DNA of 57,894 nt, from positions 1-57,894 of the forward strand of contig CABXGK010000001.1 in the NCBI GenBank assembly GCA_902511735.1, in the 5' to 3' direction. The notes beneath the pieces were generated by a model. That model did no database searches. It saw only the letters and a list, made by a program, of their open reading frames with translations, and was not told the origin of the DNA. Position numbers and translations under genes: made by a program. The DNA comes from an uncultured marine group I thaumarchaeote (lineage in GTDB: Archaea; Thermoproteota; Nitrososphaeria; Nitrososphaerales; Nitrosopumilaceae). How positions within the stretch are numbered: the first letter of the stretch is position 1; every line of letters begins with the position of its first letter. Below, one piece after another: positions 37,643-45,345 of the stretch.

Positions 37643-38383
37643 TTATACTTCTTGTGCAGTTGGTCTTATTAGAATTTCATTCACATTAACATGATTTGGG
37701 GCCTCTAATGCAAAGACAATTGCATTTGAGATATCTTCGGCCTTTAGGCCTTCCATTTCTTTGTGTTTTTCTACAAATGCTTCTAATGATTTTTCTGTAA
37801 TTGTATTAGTTAACTCAGTTTGTACAACGCCAGGTTCAATGCTAGTAACTCGAATATTTTTTCTTACAGAAAGTTCTTGCCTTAATCCCTCTGTAAATGC
37901 AGCTACAGCAAATTTTGTAGCACAATAAACGCTTCCGGCTGGGAACACGACTCGTCCTGCAACTGATGAAATATTTACAATATGACCTGATTTTTTCTCA
38001 ATCATTGTTGGAACTGCTGCAGCGGTACAATATAGCACACCTTTGATGTTTACATCTACCATTCTGTCCCATTCATCAATCTTTAGAGATTTAACAAAAC
38101 TAAGAGGCATTAATCCTGCGTTATTTATCAAAACATCAACTGTTCCGTATTTGTCAATTGCTTGTTTTACTAGATTATCACAATCAGATTTTTTGGTTAC
38201 ATCTGTTTCACAGATAGTAATTTCTCCACCATCGTCAGTGATTTCTTTTTGTAATGTTTCTAATCTATCTAATCTTCTTGCACCGGCAACAATCTTTGCA
38301 CCTTTTTTTGCAAGTGCTTTAGCAGTTGAATACCCAATTCCGCTAGAACCGCCAGTAATTACTACAACTTTACCTTGTATCAA
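37643..38383 (-). CDS. Short-chain dehydrogenase/reductase (SDR)
   Basis: TGGSSGIG, NNAGLM, YCATK, NEILIRP. Confidence 0.92.
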   Translation of the reverse strand: MIQGKVVVITGGSSGIGYSTAKALAKKGAKIVAGARRLDRLETLQKEITDDGGEITICETDVTKKSDCDNLVKQAIDKYGTVDVLINNAGLMPLSFVKSLKIDEWDRMVDVNIKGVLYCTAAAVPTMIEKKSGHIVNISSVAGRVVFPAGSVYCATKFAVAAFTEGLRQELSVRKNIRVTSIEPGVVQTELTNTITEKSLEAFVEKHKEMEGLKAEDISNAIVFALEAPNHVNVNEILIRPTAQEV

Positions 38384-38443
38384 AGCAAATTTTATGAGAT
38401 TTGTTGTAATTAAAAATGTTGTTTGGTTAGATAAAAAGAAGAT

Positions 38444-38584
38444 TTAGCAATCGTGTCCGCCACAACCGCATCCACTATGAGTCTCAGTACCTTGAGGTTG
38501 GCTTGGCCTACATTTGGAACATTTGTTTCCTCCATCTGCAGAGAAAAATCCAATTCCACAAGTTACACATTTCATGCTTGGCAT
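38444..38584 (-). CDS. 46-aa Cys/His-rich microprotein (CxxC...CxxC plus HxGCGCGGHxC tail)
   Basis: Manual translation MPSMKCVTCGIGFFSADGGNKCSKCRPSQPQGTETHSGCGCGGHDC*; fills the gap between two minus-strand genes. Confidence 0.7.
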   Translation of the reverse strand: MPSMKCVTCGIGFFSADGGNKCSKCRPSQPQGTETHSGCGCGGHDC

Positions 38585-38614
38585 GTCAATTCTCAATATT
38601 GTGAGTATTTTATA

Positions 38615-39145
38615 CTATCCTTCCATGCCTTGTGCTGTTTCTATCATCCACATTTCAACAATGCCACCGATCAACAATAATGTAACAACAATACCAATTT
38701 CAATAGAAATGATCAGTTTATCGGTTTTAATTTGATTCCAATTTTTTTGGAAAACATCTTTTGCAAGTAATGTACTACGTGACATTGCAAGTGAATATGA
38801 TGCCATCTCCATCAATCCAAATGGTGTCAAAAGAATTGCCAGAGGATTTAGTTGTGCTAAGTCGGTATTTGCTGCAGCTATTGCTGAATATGCAAATCCT
38901 GTTGAATAAGCAGAGAATAAACCCCATACAACACCAAATCCAGGAATGAACATAGGTAATGCAATGGTTGTGTTGTGTGTAAATATGCCAATTCCATCTA
39001 TCGTATCAACAATTTCTTCAAAGAAGCTCATTACTTCTTCAATTTCTTCTTCAGTAGGTTCACTTGTTACAGCAGATGTTCCATAAACAACTGTGAAAAT
39101 TGCAGTAAATATGAAAAATAAGATTATTCTATTCATTGTTAACAT
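38615..39145 (-). CDS. SpoIIM-family membrane protein
   Basis: IFTHN, MFIPGFG, TPFGLME, GGIVE. Confidence 0.78.
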   Translation of the reverse strand: MLTMNRIILFFIFTAIFTVVYGTSAVTSEPTEEEIEEVMSFFEEIVDTIDGIGIFTHNTTIALPMFIPGFGVVWGLFSAYSTGFAYSAIAAANTDLAQLNPLAILLTPFGLMEMASYSLAMSRSTLLAKDVFQKNWNQIKTDKLIISIEIGIVVTLLLIGGIVEMWMIETAQGMEG

Positions 39146-39221
39146 GGTGCACGTTTAATCGATCTATATTTGAGGTTTTGTCGTAAAACAGATTTAATTA
39201 AAACTCTAATCAATATTTGGA

Positions 39222-40697
39222 ATGGACGAAGAAATTTCCTCAGCTGTATCATATGCATTGAATAAGGGATTTCAGATTCACCCAAATGCATTAGAAATTT
39301 TACATAAAATTAATGTTAAAGAATTAGCTCAAATCATCAAAGACGTAGTCAAAGAAAAGACAAAACAAAAGCAGTTTTTGATAAATGAAGAAGATTTTGA
39401 AATTTATCTAGGAATAAAAGATGATGTAGAACATCAGGTAGAATTTGAAATATTATCAGACCCAACTAGTAAGATTACCTCAGCAGAAGGAGTTGAAGGA
39501 TATGGGGCATTATTTGCTAGCAGATTTGCAAAATTAAAACAGATAATGTCAGATAGGCCAGAATCAAAAAAGATCAGAGATATAGAATCTGTAAAATCAA
39601 TTACAAAAACTAATGATGATTTGTATGTCTGGGGATTGGTTTCTGATAGAAAATCTGATAGAAATATTACAAAAATCACACTTGAAGATCCTACAGGCTC
39701 TATGGAGATAGTAGTGTTTGAAGGTGATTTGAAAGATGGTGCAGATACGTTACTAATGGACCAGTTTGTGATGTTTAAGATAATTCCAGCCAAAAATGGA
39801 GGGTTTTTTGCAAAAGAGATTCTATTACCAGACATTCCAGAGCATGCTACAAACCGCTCAAAAACTGAGACATATGCTGTATTCCTATCGGATTTACACG
39901 TAGGAAGTAAATTCTTCATGGAAGAAGAATTATTAGAATTTATCAACTGGATTTCAAGTGCAGACCCTATTGCTCGAAAAATCAGATTTGTTGTAATTGG
40001 AGGAGATTTGATTGATGGAGTGGGGGTTTTCCCAGGTCAAGAAAATGTACTAAATCAAACAACAACAGAAGGACAATTACAAAAAACATTTGAGGTTTTA
40101 GATAAGATCCCAAAACACATCAAAGTATTCCTCATATCTGGAAACCATGATGCCGGAAGAAAGGCTCTTCCACAACCAGCAATCCCAAAGATGTACAATT
40201 CAGAATTATGGGACAGAGAGAATTTCTTTATGCTAGGAAATCCATCAATGGTCTCATTAAACGGAGTTAAGGTTTTGATGTATCATGGTCAGTCTATTGA
40301 TGATGTGGTTAGAACTACACCTGGCGTCAGTTATGACAAGCCAGCTGCAGTAATGAGACATTTTCTAAAGGCAAGACACATGAGCCCAATTTATGGAAGT
40401 AGAACCCCAATTGCCCCTGAAACTGAAGATATGATGGTTATTGATGATATTCCAGATATTTTCCATTCTGGACACGTTCATTTCGTGGGTTTAGATATGT
40501 ACAAAGGTGTACTCATAGTCAACTCTGGGGCTTGGCAAAGACAGACAGATTTTCAGGAAAGTGTGGGAATTACTCCTACCCCAGGAATGGCCATTATAGT
40601 GAATCTACAAACAATGAAGGTTTTCCAAAAGGACTTTCGTGTTGAAGAATCAGATTTTATCGAACCAAAACATGCAGAACCTGCACCACTAAGTTAG
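39222..40697 (+). CDS. polB: DNA polymerase II (PolD) small subunit DP1
   Basis: SDLHVGS, GDLIDG, GNHD, YHG, RHMSPIYG, HSGHVH, NSGAWQ. Confidence 0.94.
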   Translation: MDEEISSAVSYALNKGFQIHPNALEILHKINVKELAQIIKDVVKEKTKQKQFLINEEDFEIYLGIKDDVEHQVEFEILSDPTSKITSAEGVEGYGALFASRFAKLKQIMSDRPESKKIRDIESVKSITKTNDDLYVWGLVSDRKSDRNITKITLEDPTGSMEIVVFEGDLKDGADTLLMDQFVMFKIIPAKNGGFFAKEILLPDIPEHATNRSKTETYAVFLSDLHVGSKFFMEEELLEFINWISSADPIARKIRFVVIGGDLIDGVGVFPGQENVLNQTTTEGQLQKTFEVLDKIPKHIKVFLISGNHDAGRKALPQPAIPKMYNSELWDRENFFMLGNPSMVSLNGVKVLMYHGQSIDDVVRTTPGVSYDKPAAVMRHFLKARHMSPIYGSRTPIAPETEDMMVIDDIPDIFHSGHVHFVGLDMYKGVLIVNSGAWQRQTDFQESVGITPTPGMAIIVNLQTMKVFQKDFRVEESDFIEPKHAEPAPLS

Positions 40698-41929
40698 AGA
40701 ATATCTTCTAAAATCATCTCATCTTTGAAGGTGGTTTTTACCATATCTGGTGAGACTGTAATTCTGTATTTTTTGGTATTTCCATGTGTGCCTTGGTGTA
40801 CGATTCTGCCAGTGATAATCCCTGACATCTCAATCTCACTGAGCATTTGAGTAACCCTTCTTTGAGTAAGCTCTTTTTGGCGAATATCTTTACAGAGGTT
40901 TTTGTAGGTAGAATAAACCTCGCCTGTGGAAATCTCTGATGATTTCATTATTGCTAAAATTAGTAATTTTTCATGTAATGGGTAAGAGCGAAGTGCTACG
41001 ACCTCTTTATTCTCTTCAATCTTTTCAGCTGCCATTCTGATGTGTTCTTCTGTGACAGTTGGTACCTGGCTTCTTTCAGCAATCTCGGCTGCTACTCTTA
41101 GAAGGTCAAGTGCACGTCTAGCATCTCCTGATTCTCTTCCAGCCATAGCAGAACATAGGTTCAAGGCTGCTTCTGAGACTATACCCTGATCAAAGGCCAC
41201 CTCAATACGAGCATCCAATATCTCTTTGATTTGTGGTAGGTTGTAATTTGTGAAGATTACCTCTTCTTCGCTAAGGGTGCTGATGACTCGTGGATCTAAC
41301 CTTTCTTTGAAGGTGAGGTCGTTTGATACGCCAATTAATGTAAGTGAGCCTGTAGTTAATCGCTCGTTTGCTCTGGTAATTTGGTATAGCACGTCTTTGC
41401 CTGTTTTTTGGATTAATTCTGCCAAGTAATCAATTTCATCAATAACGAAAACGGCATTTGTCTCATTTTTGTCTAGAACGTAGATAATTCTGTTAAAGAC
41501 TTCACTAATGGATAATCCTGTACTTGGAAGCCACATTTTCTCATCGTTGGTTTTCTGGCTGCCTAGACCTAGTTGTCTACCAAATGAGACTAGGAGCCCG
41601 TATAGTGTGGTCTCCTGTTTTGCGTTTGTGTATGCCAGTTTAATTGGAAATGATCCCTCTTCAACCCTTTTTTGGATTTTTGAGAGTACTTTTTTGATTA
41701 CTAGTGTCTTGCCTGTTCCAGGCTTGCCATACACCAGTAAGTTAGATGGTCTTGATTCCATTAAAATTGGTAATAATGATTGTGTGATTTTCTCCTGCTC
41801 TGGGTCCCTGTGAAGGATCTGATTAGGCATGAAGGTGAAGTGAAGCACGTCTCTATTCTTGATTAGGGTTTTGCCGTTTTGGGCTGCATCTAAAAGACGG
41901 TCAATTGGATCGATAGTAGTAGCACTCAT
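40694..41929 (-). CDS. cdc6: Cdc6/Orc1 replication initiator
   Basis: Walker A YGKPGTGKT, Walker B IDEID, LDPRV, GDARRALDLL, C-terminal wHTH. Start placed at MSATTIDP (41929). Confidence 0.95.
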   Translation of the reverse strand: MSATTIDPIDRLLDAAQNGKTLIKNRDVLHFTFMPNQILHRDPEQEKITQSLLPILMESRPSNLLVYGKPGTGKTLVIKKVLSKIQKRVEEGSFPIKLAYTNAKQETTLYGLLVSFGRQLGLGSQKTNDEKMWLPSTGLSISEVFNRIIYVLDKNETNAVFVIDEIDYLAELIQKTGKDVLYQITRANERLTTGSLTLIGVSNDLTFKERLDPRVISTLSEEEVIFTNYNLPQIKEILDARIEVAFDQGIVSEAALNLCSAMAGRESGDARRALDLLRVAAEIAERSQVPTVTEEHIRMAAEKIEENKEVVALRSYPLHEKLLILAIMKSSEISTGEVYSTYKNLCKDIRQKELTQRRVTQMLSEIEMSGIITGRIVHQGTHGNTKKYRITVSPDMVKTTFKDEMILEDIL

Positions 41930-42039
41930 GTTGAGATCATATAGTATTTCAAAACAACAGTTCAACTGATCTTTTTGAAAAACTTCACAAGACTGATCGT
42001 TCTTGTTGACTCTTCTCAGATCGATAGGATCGCTCCCAG

Positions 42040-42490
42040 ACACCTTCATTTCTAATGACAAATGAAAATGAATAATGTAATAAAATAAAATTAGTATAGA
42101 TATGATTTCTCATTTTAAAAAAATTAGAAAAGGAAACACTGGAAAGATAGGTGTGTGGGATTCATAAAAAATTAAAATTTGTGAGGGGAATTTAGGGAAA
42201 AAACAATATCTCCAAGGGCAGTTAACAAGTGTTAAGGATATGTTAAGAAAAGCGAAAAGAAGGCCATTTTACCCCCTAATTTCCAGTCTAGGCGTGAAGA
42301 TGGTTGTTAACATTGTTAATATCGTAAAACCACCCCTTTATTTCCAGTCTAGGCGTGAAATATCACTAATAATGAGAGGTAATAATTTAGATTTTGTTAA
42401 TAACAAAAATACCCTCAGGCGTGGGCTAGGCAGTCAATGTTAACAAACCTGTTAGTTAACAAATCTCAGAAGATCAGTTGATGAGTTAAG
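42040..42490. other. Probable chromosomal replication origin (oriC) with ORB-like boxes and AT-rich stretch
   Basis: Intergenic region upstream of cdc6. ORB-like boxes read on the minus strand as CTGGAAATTAGGGGG (42272-42286) and CTGGAAATAAAGGGG (42333-42347); opposite-orientation CACTGGAAAGATAGGTGTG at ~42137. AT-rich stretch 42060-42130. Confidence 0.8.
42271..42360. repeat. Direct repeat TTCCAGTCTAGGCGTGAA x2 (ORB-like)
   Basis: Copies start at 42281 and 42342, each preceded by a C-string. Confidence 0.85.
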
Positions 42491-42511
42491 GTTGGATCCT
42501 TATTGATCTGA

Positions 42512-42913
42512 ATGGCAGGAAAAAGAATTAGAATAGATCTAGAGGATAAGGATGGAGCCAAGTACAAGTTCAATTTGGAAGGCAACATTAATCGTGATAA
42601 AGTCCTCAAAATTTTCGATTTACTAGACTTGATGAATATTGAAGAGCCTGCAAACAACCCTGGTGTAGAGTCAGTTGGAGGTAAAATCTGGCATATTGTA
42701 GACAAGTATTACCCAACTGGTAAGTTCACATCTTCTGAGATATTAGAGAAATATGAAGACGAGTTCAACGAACCAATCAAACTTAGCGTCATTTCGACAT
42801 ATTTGGCTAGATTCACCTCTAAAAACAAGGTTGAAAGAGCCAAAAAAGGCAGAGAATGGGCTTATCACACATTAAAACTCACAAATACCACCCCAAAACT
42901 CTCAGAAAATTAA
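42512..42913 (+). CDS. Origin-adjacent hypothetical protein with C-terminal winged-HTH
   Basis: FTSSEILEKYEDEFNEPIKLSVISTYLARF...VERAKKGREWAY fits a helix-turn-helix plus wing pattern. Confidence 0.72.
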   Translation: MAGKRIRIDLEDKDGAKYKFNLEGNINRDKVLKIFDLLDLMNIEEPANNPGVESVGGKIWHIVDKYYPTGKFTSSEILEKYEDEFNEPIKLSVISTYLARFTSKNKVERAKKGREWAYHTLKLTNTTPKLSEN

Positions 42914-42916
42914 ATT

Positions 42917-43171
42917 TCACTGTATAGGTTCATGTTCAGTAGAACCAGTTTCATCAACTTTTGATAAAGCCTTACGGATCTCTGATTTTATTTCATCAAT
43001 CTCATAATCTTCTTGTAATAACTGCCGAATTGCATATGCTACGACTTGTGAATTGGATGTTAACCCAAGCCTATAGGCCTCCTGGCTTTTCACAAACTCA
43101 TCAATTCTCTCTGAAAGTCCTTTTGGAACCTTAACTGTCTTCCATTTTTGATTATTATTTGTGCTACTCAT
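42917..43171 (-). CDS. Ribbon-helix-helix (CopG-like) protein
   Basis: WKTVKVPKGLSERIDEFV...SNSQVVAYAIRQLL. Start placed at MSSTNN. Confidence 0.7.
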   Translation of the reverse strand: MSSTNNNQKWKTVKVPKGLSERIDEFVKSQEAYRLGLTSNSQVVAYAIRQLLQEDYEIDEIKSEIRKALSKVDETGSTEHEPIQ

Positions 43172-43482
43172 GACCCATATATGACACAAATCATTAAAAA
43201 CATTATGTTTTCTCTCCTTACAAACTACCAATTTTAAGGAAATAATCTTAATTTATCCAAACATCTCTAAAATTACCCCCCCCAAATAATGGCATATTGC
43301 CTCTGTTTTTTGATTATTTCCTTCTCATTTCCCTCCTCATATCATAAATTATAATAAAACAATATTCATAAATAATTAATTTGATTTTATAGTAAATTAT
43401 AACAAAAAATATGAGTAAACCCCCAAAAAACCAACATTTCAAACACAATTCAACAAAGTTAAAAATCTCTTAAAATTCCCAG

Positions 43483-44055
43483 TTAGGAGGTTTGTGGGGC
43501 TATAGTTTGGGCAGTTTGACTAGTTCCAGACAACCTGGAAAGGCCATTTTGGGTAATTGAGTAGCTGTATGGCTTGGCATTGGTGTTTCTTTGGACCAAA
43601 CCATCATCAGTCATTTTCTTCATTGTTCTAGAAATATGCTCTCTACTCTTACCAAGTGTGATTTGTATATCACGTGATGTGCGTGACCTGTCTGTGATTA
43701 GTCTCAATACCGCCTCAACAATATTATCACTACTCATATTTGGTGCTCTTTCCACTCTAGGCGGATTTGGTACTTGCTCAGGCACAACTTGTACCGGTTT
43801 TTCCTCATTTCTTACAATATTTTGTGGAATTTCTTGAGAAAAACTAAGATTATCTAGGTTTATTGCATCTAATTTGATTTTTAGATCAATTAACTGTCTT
43901 TCATAGAACTCTAAACGCTCTGAATCTGCCTTTGTTTGGTCATTAGAGGCTGAAATAGACTTTAATCTAGAATAGACAAACAATGTAACTAACCCACCTA
44001 TGAAGGCCAAAACTAACCCGAATATCACATCAAGGTCAGGTATCTCAACTATCAT
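43483..44055 (-). CDS. Membrane-anchored coiled-coil winged-HTH protein
   Basis: N-terminal TM (VIFGLVLAFIGGLVTLFVY), coiled coil (ERLEFYERQLIDLKIKLD), Pro-rich linker, wHTH (TSRDIQITLGKSREHISRTMKKM...PYSYSIT). Confidence 0.78.
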   Translation of the reverse strand: MIVEIPDLDVIFGLVLAFIGGLVTLFVYSRLKSISASNDQTKADSERLEFYERQLIDLKIKLDAINLDNLSFSQEIPQNIVRNEEKPVQVVPEQVPNPPRVERAPNMSSDNIVEAVLRLITDRSRTSRDIQITLGKSREHISRTMKKMTDDGLVQRNTNAKPYSYSITQNGLSRLSGTSQTAQTIAPQTS

Positions 44056-44169
44056 GACATATCATGAGGAATTTGTGATTTATCGTGATTGGACAACATT
44101 AATTCACACTTAGACTAACCAAAACTCCATCACACAAACACCACACAACAATCCATTCTAGGCATGAAA

Positions 44170-44532
44170 TCACATTGCTGTGGTCTGTGTGACTACACGT
44201 TCTATCACACTAATGATTTCTTGCTCCTTCTCAGGGAAAACATCACCGTCTTTTATCACACTCATTCGTTCGGAGAGTTGTGATATTACATCAATATCAT
44301 CAGGCAAAACCACACCTAGTATGCCTAAAACTATGAATGAATAATACAAGCCTGAAAGCTTGTCCCTGGACTGAGAAACCTGCCTGTAATAGGCACCTTT
44401 ACTCATAGTAAATTCGACATCAGAAAGATTCTTTGATTTTAAAATAATTTCAATTTGTCTCTCTGTAAATAATGATTTTTTGATGATTTCTCTCAAAATA
44501 TTAGAAAAATTTGAATTACTAGGGTTACTCAT
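44170..44532 (-). CDS. Hypothetical protein with HTH-like N-terminus
   Basis: SLFTERQIEIIL...MSKGAYYRQVSQSRDK resembles a sigma-region-4/LuxR-type HTH. Confidence 0.65.
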   Translation of the reverse strand: MSNPSNSNFSNILREIIKKSLFTERQIEIILKSKNLSDVEFTMSKGAYYRQVSQSRDKLSGLYYSFIVLGILGVVLPDDIDVISQLSERMSVIKDGDVFPEKEQEIISVIERVVTQTTAM

Positions 44533-44596
44533 AGCTATACAAATCTGTATACCGATACTTGAATAAAACTTAAAGGGTCATCATTAAACGTGAAGC

Positions 44597-45337
44597 ATGA
44601 CCGGAAAAGTCGAAGAATTACTCATTTCTGAGCGTAAAAAGTCACCATTGTTATTCGTATTAATTGATTCAGAGGTATCTCAGATAGATTCTGCTGTAAA
44701 ACTAGCCAAAAATGTTGAAGAAATAGGCGCAGCATCAATACTGGTAGGTGGCTCATCTGCAACTGATCAGATGGAGATGGCCGAAGTGGTCAAAAACCTC
44801 AAAAATGCAGTAAATATCCCAATTATTCTATTTCCAGGCAACATTACTGGTGTTGTACCACAGGCAGATGCTATACTGTTTAGTTCCTTAATGAACTCTG
44901 AGAATCCATATTACATTACACAGGCACAGGCCCTTGGTGCTCCAAACGTCCTCAAATTCGGCTTAGAACCTCTCCCAACATCATATTTGGTGATAGGTGA
45001 GGGAACATCTGCGTGGTTTGTAGGTAATGTTAGAGGAATACCATTTGATAAGCCGAAAATCGCAGCTGCATACTCTCTAGCAGCCCAATTCTTTGGTATG
45101 AGATTTGTCTATCTAGAGGCAGGCTCAGGCGCAAAGACCAACGTGACTCCTGAAATGATTGCAACTGTGAGAAAGGTTTTCCAGGGATTTCTAATCGTAG
45201 GTGGAGGTATTCGTGATGCACAGACCGCAAAGGCTCTGACAGATGCTGGAGCCGATGCTTTGGTAATTGGAACCCTTCTTGAGGATAGTGAGAACTTGGA
45301 AAAACTAACCGAAATAGCCAAAGCCATCAAAAACTAA
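44597..45337 (+). CDS. Geranylgeranylglyceryl phosphate (GGGP) synthase
   Basis: ILVGGS, PIILFPG, ADAILF, YLEAGSGA, VGGGIR. Confidence 0.92.
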   Translation: MTGKVEELLISERKKSPLLFVLIDSEVSQIDSAVKLAKNVEEIGAASILVGGSSATDQMEMAEVVKNLKNAVNIPIILFPGNITGVVPQADAILFSSLMNSENPYYITQAQALGAPNVLKFGLEPLPTSYLVIGEGTSAWFVGNVRGIPFDKPKIAAAYSLAAQFFGMRFVYLEAGSGAKTNVTPEMIATVRKVFQGFLIVGGGIRDAQTAKALTDAGADALVIGTLLEDSENLEKLTEIAKAIKN

Positions 45338-45345
45338 CCTTCTAC

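Noticed and set aside
41930-42061. 44-aa N-terminal extension of Cdc6 in the ORF track
   Set aside because: It is not Cdc6-like and runs into the promoter/ORB region; the ATG at 41929 is more plausible.
42271-42360. Direct repeats as a CRISPR mini-array
   Set aside because: Only two ~18-bp copies, ORB-like, next to cdc6, and no cas genes in the window.
42240-42443. 67-aa ORF inside the origin region
   Set aside because: It is a translation of the ORB and GTTAA repeats with no protein-like features.
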